This document shows positions 8,493 through 17,897 of a DNA stretch of 28,314 nucleotides, in pieces. The position numbers were made by a program, and so were the translations under genes. Below the pieces are notes generated by a model. The model was not told the DNA's origin and did not search any database. It saw only the letters and a list, made by a program, of their open reading frames with translations. This stretch comes from a virus (taxonomy: Duplodnaviria > Caudoviricetes): the IMG/VR virus record IMGVR_UViG_3300017909_002960, positions 1-28,314 of that record. The stretch is one strand, 5' to 3'. How positions within the stretch are numbered: the first letter of the stretch is position 1; every line of letters begins with the position of its first letter.

Positions 8493-9752
8493 TTAAAAGT
8501 TTGTAATTGAACAGTAAGCAGTTGCACGATAGATTGCGAAACCTAATCTCATGCTTGCTTTCATCATTACTTTATCTTTTGTAAAGAAGTCATCGTGGCT
8601 ATCAGACATAGCAACTTCCATACCTTCTCTTGAGATGATATGTGAAGCTAAGCCTCCACCAAATACTCCAACAAGAACTGTTCCTGCAGAAATTGCAGTT
8701 GTAGGCACAACACGAACTCCCCAAATGGAAGGTGTTACACCATTACCAAACATACCTGCACCTACAAATAATGGATCTTTTCCTGCATAGCCTGCACTTG
8801 AAGTTCCTGCGAAGTCTGTTGTAACTGCTGTTACTACATCGTTCCAATCTGAAGGGTGCATAATTATTGCGTCTGGCTCTAAAAATGCGTCTTTTCTGAT
8901 TTCAGTTATTGCTTGATATAATTGTCCAATTCTGCCCAAATTACCTGCGTAAGATGAAAAATCAAAGGTATTAATACCTGACTTGTTCAAAATTCCACGA
9001 ATATTTGGAGCAGTTCCATTACCATTTAGTAATTGACTATCAAGTCTTAACTGCAACATTGTTCTTAATCTGCTATCAAGATAACCATTTACTGATGCAA
9101 CATCAGCTAAAAGTTCCTCAGTTACAGGAATTGAAACACCAAATTTTCTAATGTTTTCAGTATTTTCTGTAAATGCTAAGGCACTCTCACCAAAAGCAGC
9201 TGCTTCAGCAGCTTCAGCCGCATTATTTGTAAATGTGGTTTCTTCCAAATACTTATATTGAAATTGTGTGGTAGGTATTACCGAAAACAAATCAATAACT
9301 GCATTAGGATTTCTTAAAGCAGTTGGATATATGAGATCACTTCTAACAACTGATGGTGGATACGCAGTACCCTCATCAACCAAAGTCTTGCTTTCAAGAA
9401 TTGGGTTGTACTTAATTTCTGATGAGATATTAAGTTGTCCATTTTCCATATATTCTTTAAAAGCTCTTGAATTTCTTACTTGATCTCCAAGAGTTTTCTT
9501 TGGCTCTGCTTTTTCCTCGTGAATTGGAAGTGCTTTTACTTCAGCGCCTTTTGAAATTTCTTTTTCGTTTTCTGCCTTTTGTTTTTCAAAAAGTTGCTCA
9601 TCTCTAACTTCATCAGCTAATGCTTTAGCTTCTGTGTTCATTTGAGCCCACTTTTCTCTATCCTCAGCAGTAAAATCAGAAAAATCTTTTTCATTAGCGA
9701 ATTTAGCTAAGCCTTCTCTTAATTCATGAAGTTTTGCTGTTTTTTCACTCAT
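8493..9752 (-). CDS. Major capsid protein, HK97 fold, with N-terminal coiled-coil scaffolding (delta) domain
   Basis: IPVTEELLAD, LLNGNGTAPNIRGIL, IIMHPSDW, IWGVRVV motifs; follows prohead protease. Confidence 0.95.
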   Translation of the reverse strand: MSEKTAKLHELREGLAKFANEKDFSDFTAEDREKWAQMNTEAKALADEVRDEQLFEKQKAENEKEISKGAEVKALPIHEEKAEPKKTLGDQVRNSRAFKEYMENGQLNISSEIKYNPILESKTLVDEGTAYPPSVVRSDLIYPTALRNPNAVIDLFSVIPTTQFQYKYLEETTFTNNAAEAAEAAAFGESALAFTENTENIRKFGVSIPVTEELLADVASVNGYLDSRLRTMLQLRLDSQLLNGNGTAPNIRGILNKSGINTFDFSSYAGNLGRIGQLYQAITEIRKDAFLEPDAIIMHPSDWNDVVTAVTTDFAGTSSAGYAGKDPLFVGAGMFGNGVTPSIWGVRVVPTTAISAGTVLVGVFGGGLASHIISREGMEVAMSDSHDDFFTKDKVMMKASMRLGFAIYRATAYCSITNF

Positions 9753-10557
9753 TTATTTCTCCTAAATTGATCATAAGAGTATCATTTAATAATTCATTTG
9801 TATCTCTAAATAACTCATTAAGCTCGTCTGTATGATCATCTACTACTAGTGCTTCATCATCAGTTCCAATATTTAAAAGAGTATCAATATCTTGGTGCAT
9901 ATCTTGCAATGCGTCCTTTAATTTATCTAACTCTTCTACAGAACTTTCTGACAAAGTCTTATTTTTACTCAAACGCAAGGCAGTAAGCTCCTTACATCTT
10001 TTTAACAAAGCAGTCATCTTGATAAGCAAGTTATCTACTTCATCTGTAAATCTTAAACCAATATCCTCTGTTTTTTCCTCTTGTTCTTTTGCTTCTTTAA
10101 TTGCAAGTGTGTAAGTGTTTTGATTAGCACCTACCATAACAGGAGATACTTCCCAAACTTTGACATCTTTTAAGTATCTTACTTCTTGGCTATCTCCATT
10201 ATCTTTTGTAAATGTTCCCATTTCGCTATCATTTACTTCAAAACCAAAACTCCATTGTTGCATATCACTCATGGCTTTTACTGTTTCATAGGCTTCTTTA
10301 CCTGCATTTGTGTTTAAATTGAATTTACCTTTGAAAGTTGCTTTATCCTCATCTTGCACAATTTTTCCTTTACCAATAATTTGTTTCCAATCATGGCCCC
10401 AACACATGACAACACCTTTTTCTCCATAACCACTTCTAATTGCGTTAGGTAAGACAACATCATTGTCACTATCTATTTCATTGAATACAGAAAAAACTGC
10501 TTCAACAGTTCCATTATCATCAATTTGTAATAAACTTTTATCTTTAAATTCTTTCAA
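9745..10557 (-). CDS. HK97-family prohead protease
   Basis: WGHDW (His), WSFGF (Ser), EVSPVMVGAN motifs; TTG start. Confidence 0.92.
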   Translation of the reverse strand: MKEFKDKSLLQIDDNGTVEAVFSVFNEIDSDNDVVLPNAIRSGYGEKGVVMCWGHDWKQIIGKGKIVQDEDKATFKGKFNLNTNAGKEAYETVKAMSDMQQWSFGFEVNDSEMGTFTKDNGDSQEVRYLKDVKVWEVSPVMVGANQNTYTLAIKEAKEQEEKTEDIGLRFTDEVDNLLIKMTALLKRCKELTALRLSKNKTLSESSVEELDKLKDALQDMHQDIDTLLNIGTDDEALVVDDHTDELNELFRDTNELLNDTLMINLGEINE

Positions 10558-10559
10558 AA

Positions 10560-12188
10560 CTATACCCTTTTCTCATGATAGCTTAAAAAACACCTGCAAT
10601 TTACAGTTAGATCGGGAGTTGCTCCAAGCGAACTGTCTCCGGGATAATCTAACTTATATCCATTGTAGTCAAATAAACTATCTTCGTTTATTTCTGTTCC
10701 GTCAAGAACTATATGCGCGTCCCTGACTTTTCCATCTCTTTGCGAGATCCATTCTTTAGTATATACAAGATTAGTTGATTTTGCACCTACTTGCCTACCA
10801 AAATTAGCTAATTTATTTCCTTCAGTTCTTGCTATGGTTAATGCACGAGTTAAATTATTTTTACTCAGTAATTTTTTAACATTATTTGCTACATAATTTT
10901 GTAACTGCGATCCCGTATAGCCCAAATCAAGTGCTTCTTGTAAAACCTTAGTTAATGTAGAGTTAAACCTTTTCTTGCTTGTATTAGATAATGCAGGTAA
11001 AAGATTATCTATTTGTTGAGTTATATATTCTGCAACTTCTTTATTTGATCTTACATTTGTTATTGGGAAGTCATCAATACTTACTAATCTGTAAAATAGT
11101 CCTTGTTCAATTATTTCTTTTTTAGTTTGTTTTGTTAAAACAGGAATTGCATGTGGCATTTCTTTTTCTGTTGGTAAAAGTAAATCTACTTGATAAAAGG
11201 CATAATCATTAACAAGACTAATATAATAATCATAAACTTCACTTGACCACGATTTAGTATTCTCATCAATAGTTTGCTCTATTATAGCATTTATTCCAAC
11301 TTCAGTTGGGAAGTATCTTTTGAGTTGTTTTTGTATTTGTCTATCTTGTTTTTGTAACAAATTGAAATATAAATCTTGAAGTATCTTTTCCCATTGTGTA
11401 AGTAATTTATCGTGTTCTTTATATAATATATCTTTTTTATCCTCACCTCTAAATCTATTTAACCGTGTTTCCCATGTTTTTTCTCGTAATATATTCCTTC
11501 TTTTGATCAATTCAAAAGCACTTATTGCCTTTTCATCTCGTTTATTCATAGCCCTTACAAGTTTTTGGCTCCATGATTTTCCTGCTTCTCCACCCCATAA
11601 AGCCCAAGCAATTCGTCCATTTGAAGGATAACCTTTTTCCCCAGGCCTCCAACCTTCAGCTCTTTTATCAACTTCGTGTCGTGGGAAGTATTTTGCAATA
11701 TGTCTTGTTTTTTCAGGTCCTGCAGTTGTGTTATTAACAATGTATCTTGCTGAATTTAAACCGACACTTGTTCCACCTCTACCATATTCTTTTCTCCACT
11801 CTAAACCTCTTTTAGCTTCCTCTTTAGCACCTTTTGGAATTGTAAAGTCAAGATCGTCATATAAACCTTTTGTATATGCTTTTTTGCTTGATAATGGGTG
11901 GCTTGCAGGTAACAAATCAGTATCAAATTTACCTGATCTAAACCTAAAATTTCTTACTGCATATAAAAACGCATTAACTCTTGCATAAGCCCATTGATCG
12001 CTTGAATTAACACTTGGCCTTACACTTGAAGGATTTGTATTATAAGCTCCTACACCTCTACGAAAAACTGCTTCAAGCATACGAAGTGTGACTTTGCGTC
12101 TTGCGTCATCTCCATATTTTTCGTTATGTTTTTCTACCTTTTTTTTAAGTGCTTCTCTAACTTGAGCACTAACTTTCTTGCTCTCCAT
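10560..12188 (-). CDS. Mu gpF/SPP1 gp7-like head protein with two basic N-terminal accessory domains
   Basis: C-terminal IARTE...KEWISQRDGKVRDAH...YPGD...NCRC MuF signature. Confidence 0.85.
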   Translation of the reverse strand: MESKKVSAQVREALKKKVEKHNEKYGDDARRKVTLRMLEAVFRRGVGAYNTNPSSVRPSVNSSDQWAYARVNAFLYAVRNFRFRSGKFDTDLLPASHPLSSKKAYTKGLYDDLDFTIPKGAKEEAKRGLEWRKEYGRGGTSVGLNSARYIVNNTTAGPEKTRHIAKYFPRHEVDKRAEGWRPGEKGYPSNGRIAWALWGGEAGKSWSQKLVRAMNKRDEKAISAFELIKRRNILREKTWETRLNRFRGEDKKDILYKEHDKLLTQWEKILQDLYFNLLQKQDRQIQKQLKRYFPTEVGINAIIEQTIDENTKSWSSEVYDYYISLVNDYAFYQVDLLLPTEKEMPHAIPVLTKQTKKEIIEQGLFYRLVSIDDFPITNVRSNKEVAEYITQQIDNLLPALSNTSKKRFNSTLTKVLQEALDLGYTGSQLQNYVANNVKKLLSKNNLTRALTIARTEGNKLANFGRQVGAKSTNLVYTKEWISQRDGKVRDAHIVLDGTEINEDSLFDYNGYKLDYPGDSSLGATPDLTVNCRCFLSYHEKRV

Positions 12189-13845
12189 TTACCAACTTTT
12201 CATATTCCTCGTGACTTTCGCATGGCATAAAAACTTCTTTTCCGTCTTTGTCTAGTGTATGAAAACCAACACAACCTATTTTTTTAGCTCTCATTTCAGC
12301 TTCTTCTTGTGTAGAAAACATATCAGTATCATAAGCTACTTTTTGATCATCACTAAATCTTGATATTTGCTCAAGTCTTGCTTCTGCAAGTTCTCTTGTT
12401 GGATAGCACCCCATATTTTTTCCTGAATTTTCAGCAATAACGCAATACTCTCCATCAATTTCTTTTATTACTTTAAATTCTGCTTGTTTCTGTTCATCAT
12501 CTTGTGTTTCAACTTCAGGGCCTTCATATTCTTGTTCTGTTTGTGTATCTGCACTTTCATTATTCACATTTATATTTTCTTCAGGCACAAGCATTTTACT
12601 TTGATCTAATAAATATACTTTTTGATTATCACTTACAGGAAGCCCAACACTTTCTCTTGCTTCTGCTATAGTTATCCAACCACCTTGAACTCCAACATTT
12701 ACACGATTATAAACATCTGCTACATCAGTTTGAAGTGCTCTAACTTCACTAAAGTTATATTCGGCAGTTGTGGCCGAGTTACTTTCATAATCTTTTAATA
12801 AAACTTGTTGTGTCAATTCCTCACCTACTTGTTTCCATAAAGGAATTAATTTATTTTCTGTAAAAAATTCTCTTAATTCTTTTGCATTTGAGTAAGTTGC
12901 TCTTTCAAGTCCTGCACCTAAACCTGCAAGAATTGCAGGAACTCCAAGCACTGCAGATATTCTTTCTTCAGGTACTCTACGCAAAGTTCCTATATCAAGT
13001 TCTGTAGGACTAAAAGCCATTTTCTTTATTTCCATTGATCCACTTAAAATTAATGGCATACCTTTATTTTTGCCTGATACTTTTTGCTGATAAGTTTTTG
13101 CAATTTGTTCTGCTTCCTCTTGTGTAGGGCCAAAATCATCTTTTGGAGATATCATTACCGAAGGCACACCTGAATTAGCAAGTAACGCAGTTGCCATTTG
13201 TCCTGCACTTTCATCTCCATATATTTCTCTAAGCACACTTCTTAATGGTGCAAAACCTTTTTTATGGTCTGTTTGATCAAGTCCAAGTCTTATGTGGATC
13301 ATATCCTCAGGCATTATCATTACTTTTTTGTTTTGTGTTTCATATTCGTAATGTGTAATTAGTTCCTCATTATTACCTTTTGGAGTGACCTGTTCAGGCA
13401 TTAAAGGATATAAAGCAACTAATTGACCTGCATTATTTTTTTGCTTGATTATATATGCGTCTCCCGAAACATGCATAGCATTAATAATATACTGTTGTAA
13501 TATATCTCCACTCATATATGGATTTGGCCTTCTCATTAATAAAGTTAATGGGTGGTTTGGCACAATTTTTTCTAATTCGTTTTCATAAACCTTTACTTGC
13601 AGTATTGCTTCTGAAAATGATACACCTAAAACTTGTAAGCAAGCAACAACTGCAGAGTTTGAAGCACCATTTCCCATTGTTGAAATATCCCATTTACCTG
13701 CTCCTGTGTTCCAACCTTGAATAAAATTTTGATTATTGTAAAGGGTGTCTTCATCTCTAAAGAAGTTATATCTTTTTATTTCATTATTATATTGTGTTGC
13801 GTTTCTGTTAAAAATTAAATCACTTAATTTTCGTCTTTCAGCCAT
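12169..13845 (-). CDS. Portal protein (HK97 family) with C-terminal extension
   Basis: HPLTLLMRRPNPYMS, GDAYI, LYPLMPEQV, ISAVLGVP, ATYSN, ITIAEARE motifs; follows terL. Confidence 0.93.
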   Translation of the reverse strand: MAERRKLSDLIFNRNATQYNNEIKRYNFFRDEDTLYNNQNFIQGWNTGAGKWDISTMGNGASNSAVVACLQVLGVSFSEAILQVKVYENELEKIVPNHPLTLLMRRPNPYMSGDILQQYIINAMHVSGDAYIIKQKNNAGQLVALYPLMPEQVTPKGNNEELITHYEYETQNKKVMIMPEDMIHIRLGLDQTDHKKGFAPLRSVLREIYGDESAGQMATALLANSGVPSVMISPKDDFGPTQEEAEQIAKTYQQKVSGKNKGMPLILSGSMEIKKMAFSPTELDIGTLRRVPEERISAVLGVPAILAGLGAGLERATYSNAKELREFFTENKLIPLWKQVGEELTQQVLLKDYESNSATTAEYNFSEVRALQTDVADVYNRVNVGVQGGWITIAEARESVGLPVSDNQKVYLLDQSKMLVPEENINVNNESADTQTEQEYEGPEVETQDDEQKQAEFKVIKEIDGEYCVIAENSGKNMGCYPTRELAEARLEQISRFSDDQKVAYDTDMFSTQEEAEMRAKKIGCVGFHTLDKDGKEVFMPCESHEEYEKLVNGEQES

Positions 13846-13930
13846 AATATCCTTTCGGCTAAGAGTGAGCTACCGAACACACCCAAAAAGGAATAGCCCA
13901 CTCAAAGCCAACCTGCATTCGTGTTCAATA
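13846..13930 (-). promoter_or_regulatory. Structured RNA element in the terL-portal spacer
   Basis: Stem UUGGCU/AGCCGA plus GAGUGGGCUA/UAGCUCACUC with G-U pairs valid on the minus strand; abuts portal SD AAAGGA. Confidence 0.6.
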
Positions 13931-15193
13931 TGCTCTAAACTCGTTTCTTCTTGCTAATTGTAATATACAATAAGCTAAACTATCAACTTGATCATCGTGT
14001 TCTCCCGCAGGGAATTGTAGCATTTCTCGTTCTAAATCCAAATACCAATTACTCTGCTTGTCAAAATACACAAGACCTTGTTCCATTTTAGCAGATAAAG
14101 GCAATGCTCGTGAGTATTTATCTTTATCTGCTTTTAATTCTCTTATTGGTAGATTAGTTTGTGATCGCACCATTTGTATAAAAGCTAACTGATAACCTGC
14201 TCGTTCTATACCAATTATTTCAGGTGTCCATTTTTCGTAATGTTGAATTAAAGTTTTTAAAACTTGTGGGGCTTCTAATCTAGCTCTAATTACATCTAAG
14301 ACAAATACTCTTTGATCTTTGCTAACACCAATCGTGGTAATGACAGTATAGTCTGCACTTTCCTTTGTACTCGTTGCGAGGTCCACAGAAGTGATAATTC
14401 GTAACTGATCAATCGGTATCTCTGCCTTATCATATCTAATAAGTCTTTCATTTTCCTCATATCCATATTCATTATAAATAGTTCGGCTTCCTGAAGTATA
14501 ATAATTAAACCATGCAGGATCAAATAACCCACCTGCTTGTTCTATAAATTGTGCTTCATATTCTTGCGAATATAAAAAACTACCTATTTCTTTTCTTGCA
14601 ATTTCAAGTTCGTCTAAAGGCACAAATGGATTTGTTGTAGTTGGAAGTTGCCACCTTTCCCAATCATCTAAGGTTTTAGCATTTTCAAATAATTTCTCAA
14701 ACCAATTATATCCTTTTGGAGTTGATATAAATAAAGCTCCACCTCTGCGTTCTGTAAGTGTTGGTCTTACAACTTCTGCCCATACATTTTCCTTCATAAA
14801 TGCACACTCATCTAAAACAACAAAATCAAGTCCTGCACCTCTTAATCTATCAGGATTATCTGCAGATTTTATTGATACCATACCACCTGTAGGAGTAATT
14901 ATTGTTTTTTCTCCTTCTTTTACGACAGTTCCATACTCTATTCCAATATTTCTTAAATCCTTCCAACCTTCTAAAGCCATTGAGTATGTTGGAGCGATCC
15001 ACCAAGACCTTTTACCTCTCCATGCTTGTTCAAGACATAACCACACACCAAGTCTTGTTTTACCCCACCTACGACCTGCAGATAAGACCTTAAATCTTGC
15101 ATTTGACATAGCGACTTCTATTTGACCTTCATGCAGTTCAGGTAGTTTAACTTGATATTGCCTGATATTAGTATTTGCTAATTCAGTTTCCAT
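13925..15193 (-). CDS. terL: Terminase large subunit
   Basis: Walker A AGRRWGKT, LRGAGLDFVVLDE (Walker B), FISTP, RNase H-like VDLA and HDDQVDS motifs. Confidence 0.96.
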   Translation of the reverse strand: METELANTNIRQYQVKLPELHEGQIEVAMSNARFKVLSAGRRWGKTRLGVWLCLEQAWRGKRSWWIAPTYSMALEGWKDLRNIGIEYGTVVKEGEKTIITPTGGMVSIKSADNPDRLRGAGLDFVVLDECAFMKENVWAEVVRPTLTERRGGALFISTPKGYNWFEKLFENAKTLDDWERWQLPTTTNPFVPLDELEIARKEIGSFLYSQEYEAQFIEQAGGLFDPAWFNYYTSGSRTIYNEYGYEENERLIRYDKAEIPIDQLRIITSVDLATSTKESADYTVITTIGVSKDQRVFVLDVIRARLEAPQVLKTLIQHYEKWTPEIIGIERAGYQLAFIQMVRSQTNLPIRELKADKDKYSRALPLSAKMEQGLVYFDKQSNWYLDLEREMLQFPAGEHDDQVDSLAYCILQLARRNEFRAY

Positions 15194-16109
15194 TTAAAAC
15201 TTCTCTCCATTGGTGGCCGAGTACATGCTCTAATTCTGCATTTAATAAACTACCTTTTTTAACATTATCCCAAATATTTTCATATTTACCTGCACCTTTA
15301 AAAGCGCTTTCAAAATAATGACCAACAATATAAGAAGTTTCTAATATTTCTTGAATTGAAGGCATTGTGTAACCGAATAATTTTGTTGATCCATTGAATT
15401 TACTTGGGCTATCTAATGTATAACAGTTATTCTTACCTTTCCATACAGGCACGACACCATTAAAAATAGGTTTAAATACCTTTACTTCAGGATTTGTATT
15501 TGCAATTTCTTTAATTGTCCACATTATATAATTCCAACCTTTTGTATTTTTGATCGGTGGTTCTTTTAATTGATACTTTATAGTTTCAATTAGTTCCCAT
15601 ATTTGTTTTTCCATTGATAAACCTACTTTACATGGGAACATGCTTAAGGCTTTTCCGTCCCATGAATTATCGTGGATTTTAAAAGGTGGGTGGTTGTCTT
15701 TCCATTGAATTGCCATAGCTCCTTCTGTTTTTGCAGGTCCTGTTGAGCAAAAGGCATTTATATCAGGTAAGGGCCTTAACGCAACCATATCCATATCCAT
15801 TACGACACCATTTAATAAAATAGCAACTCTTAAACGCACAATATCTCCAATATGTGCAATATGGTGGCCGAGTTTTAATGCCTCAAAGGCTAATTCCTCA
15901 TTAAATATCTTACCTGCATACTCTACATTTATTCCTTCAGGCACATTTTTTAATTTTTGATATGTGTATAAATAAACATTTTTGTTATATTTTAACTGCG
16001 ATAATAAAGTAAATTTATGGAAGTCATTTAACTCTATTTCCTTATTTAGCCAATCCTCTAATTTTGTTTCATGATCATATTTAGACCAAAAACAAATTAT
16101 ATTACTCAT
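15183..16109 (-). CDS. DXD-motif glycosyltransferase (GT32/Gly_transf_sug-like), 308 aa
   Basis: N-terminal ICFW, SQL..N..VYLYTY, and GDIVRLR...NGVVMDMDMVALRPL resembling the sD..R...GG.Y.D.D....PL consensus. Confidence 0.75.
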   Translation of the reverse strand: MSNIICFWSKYDHETKLEDWLNKEIELNDFHKFTLLSQLKYNKNVYLYTYQKLKNVPEGINVEYAGKIFNEELAFEALKLGHHIAHIGDIVRLRVAILLNGVVMDMDMVALRPLPDINAFCSTGPAKTEGAMAIQWKDNHPPFKIHDNSWDGKALSMFPCKVGLSMEKQIWELIETIKYQLKEPPIKNTKGWNYIMWTIKEIANTNPEVKVFKPIFNGVVPVWKGKNNCYTLDSPSKFNGSTKLFGYTMPSIQEILETSYIVGHYFESAFKGAGKYENIWDNVKKGSLLNAELEHVLGHQWREVLNGN

Positions 16110-16143
16110 AATTTCCTTTTTTTAGTCGCTATTTTTAAGTTTT

Positions 16144-16224
16144 TTAAATTTTTCCATTACCGATTAACCACCAAGCAAGGTAATTTATACCAATAACTAC
16201 CAAAATTACTATTATCCAATCCAT
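16144..16224 (-). CDS. 26-aa single-pass membrane microprotein (not in track)
   Basis: MDWIIVILVVIGINYLAWWLIGNGKI; SD GGAGG 4 nt upstream of ATG. Confidence 0.55.
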   Translation of the reverse strand: MDWIIVILVVIGINYLAWWLIGNGKI

Positions 16225-16289
16225 TTATCCTCCAATACGCAATAAATACAAGACCTTACATACTGCAAATCGTGTTTTTTACATATCAT
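16212..16289 (-). CDS. 25-aa CxxH/CxxC microprotein (not in track)
   Basis: MICKKHDLQYVRSCIYCVLEDKWIG; TAATG overlap with terS stop; SD GAGGAGG. Confidence 0.5.
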   Translation of the reverse strand: MICKKHDLQYVRSCIYCVLEDKWIG

Positions 16290-16717
16290 TATTCCTCCTC
16301 TTGTATTATTACTTGATTTTCTCTATTAATTACTTTTCCATCAGCCCAATTTAACTGTATTTCAACAGGAGCATTAGGATCTCCTGTTAATTCAACACGA
16401 TCTCTCCTACCGAATTTTTCAGGATACTTTCTTTCTAAATACCAAGCATCAGCCTGCCACGATCCGTCTTTACCTGCATTTTCAATACGAGCTAATCTAC
16501 GCATAATTGCTTCGCTTTCTGCTTCATTTACTTTTATCCAAAAACTTGCGTATGGCTCAATATTTTCACTTGCTTTTTGTCTCCAAAGACGAAATGTAGA
16601 TGAATTTATCCCTGCATAGTAACAAGCATGCTCAATAAAGGCACCAAGTCTTATTGCTTGTAATAATCGCTCTTGTATTTGATTATCTATTAATTTATAT
16701 GGTTTGTCGTTAGGCAT
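16289..16717 (-). CDS. terS: Terminase small subunit
   Basis: N-terminal HTH (ACYYAGINSSTFRLW), WQADAWYLERKYPEKFGRRDRVELTG motif; upstream of terL. Confidence 0.8.
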   Translation of the reverse strand: MPNDKPYKLIDNQIQERLLQAIRLGAFIEHACYYAGINSSTFRLWRQKASENIEPYASFWIKVNEAESEAIMRRLARIENAGKDGSWQADAWYLERKYPEKFGRRDRVELTGDPNAPVEIQLNWADGKVINRENQVIIQEEE

Positions 16718-16740
16718 GTTCTTATTTTACTGCATAGTAT

Positions 16741-16778
16741 AGCAAAACCCCACCAATAAGGTGGGGAATTGCTTTTTT
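16741..16778. terminator. Intrinsic terminator, probably bidirectional, separating early genes from packaging genes
   Basis: CCCCACC-AATAA-GGTGGGG stem; T4 tract on the minus strand, T6 on the plus strand. Confidence 0.7.
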
Positions 16779-16793
16779 GCGTTTCAGTGTGAG

Positions 16794-17114
16794 TTAGAAA
16801 GGAACTACGAGAAACGCAGTATCAGTTTCATGCAAGACATAAACTGTTTGGTATTCGTCTAATTGTTCAGTATTTTCTATATTATGATCATCACAATATT
16901 GTGAAAATTCCTCAAGAAATTCTTTCCAATCTTTGAATTCTCTCCAACTTGTATTTATAACAACTTTATCTATTGTCATGAACTGAGTTTCATTTCTTTC
17001 AGTTTCAATATCATAGATTTTTCTTAATGCTTCATCACTGAAGGAATTATATTCCCAAGCTTTGAATATTTCTACAAATTTGTCTTGATCAACTTTTTGT
17101 ATAAATTCAGCCAT
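16794..17114 (-). CDS. Hypothetical protein, 106 aa
   Basis: Acidic ORF; TAATG coupling; SD GGAGG. Confidence 0.7.
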   Translation of the reverse strand: MAEFIQKVDQDKFVEIFKAWEYNSFSDEALRKIYDIETERNETQFMTIDKVVINTSWREFKDWKEFLEEFSQYCDDHNIENTEQLDEYQTVYVLHETDTAFLVVPF

Positions 17115-17305
17115 TATACAACCTCCATATTTTCTACTTGCTTTAGTGCAAGTCGTAACTTAATTGTGTTCATGTTTTTTGTGTTGAACTCATTAAGATC
17201 CAAGATATAAAGTATATCTACACTTGGTGTATCTGAATTACAATCAGTTTCTGTTGCGAGAAAAACTATTGCTTTAGTTTCATCTCTGTTTAGTTCTAGT
17301 TTCAT
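17114..17305 (-). CDS. Hypothetical protein, 63 aa
   Basis: SD AAAGGA; first gene after conserved promoter. Confidence 0.65.
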   Translation of the reverse strand: MKLELNRDETKAIVFLATETDCNSDTPSVDILYILDLNEFNTKNMNTIKLRLALKQVENMEVV

Positions 17306-17345
17306 TTTTGTTCCTTTCTAAGTAACAATTTGTATTTATAAGACT

Positions 17346-17374
17346 AATTTAATCGTAGATTTATAGTTTGTAAA
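17346..17374 (-). promoter_or_regulatory. Sigma70-type promoter with embedded operator-like palindrome
   Basis: TTTACA-17-TAAATT; TAAATCTACGATTAA at 17349-17363. Confidence 0.7.
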
Positions 17375-17435
17375 TTACCTTTTTATTATTTTCCTAGTCA
17401 GAACACCCTACTCAATTGATCTTTAATCGTTTATG

Positions 17436-17479
17436 AACTATCAACTCTTATTTTTGCTATTGACACACACGATCCTAGT
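17436..17479 (-). repeat. Dispersed ~44-bp element, copy 1
   Basis: ACTAGGATCGTGT-N18-AGAGTTGATAGTT; both 13-bp arms identical to copy at 25499-25542. Confidence 0.75.
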
Positions 17480-17488
17480 ATGCGTATA

Positions 17489-17728
17489 TTAGGTGCTTTC
17501 GTTCCAATATTTATAGGAAGTGTGAGTTTTATACTTCCATTTAATATCTGTATTAAGAAATAAATTATTTAGATGATAATTTACTTTATTATATTCAGTT
17601 TCTGCTAAAGGTAATTCCATTTCTACTTCAATAACTGCAATAACTTTTCTATTTTTTGTGTCATTTGCCTTTGTTTCTGCACTTCGTTTTTGCAATTCCT
17701 CTTTATATTTACCAAAATTTTCAGCCAT
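17489..17728 (-). CDS. Hypothetical protein, 79 aa (start revised to MAENF)
   Basis: SD AGGAGAAGGA before ATG at 17728. Confidence 0.6.
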   Translation of the reverse strand: MAENFGKYKEELQKRSAETKANDTKNRKVIAVIEVEMELPLAETEYNKVNYHLNNLFLNTDIKWKYKTHTSYKYWNEST

Positions 17729-17897
17729 TTTCCTTCTCCTTACAATCCCCACAAACATATAAACCTTTAAATTGATCTCCAATTATATAAAAATGATCAT
17801 CAAGAAAATTGATCATGCTTCCACAATCATAACAAGTGTGAAAAAAACCTATACTGTTTTTTCTGCATAAGCATTTTTTTACTTTAATATCAATCAT
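17721..17897 (-). CDS. 58-aa Zn-finger microprotein (not in track)
   Basis: MIDIKVKKCLCRKNSIGFFHTCYDCGSMINFLDDHFYIIGDQFKGLYVCGDCKEKENG; fills the gap with 8-nt overlaps on both sides. Confidence 0.65.
   Translation of the reverse strand: MIDIKVKKCLCRKNSIGFFHTCYDCGSMINFLDDHFYIIGDQFKGLYVCGDCKEKENG

Noticed and set aside
12169-12188. Programmed frameshift fusing portal to MuF across the 20-nt overlap
   Set aside because: The MuF frame has TAA immediately before its ATG and the overlap has no slippery sequence; translational coupling is simpler
5352-14532. Nested minus-strand ORFs 5352..5537, 11555..11740 and 14296..14532
   Set aside because: Alternative frames inside tail tube, MuF and terL, with no RBS or recognisable motifs
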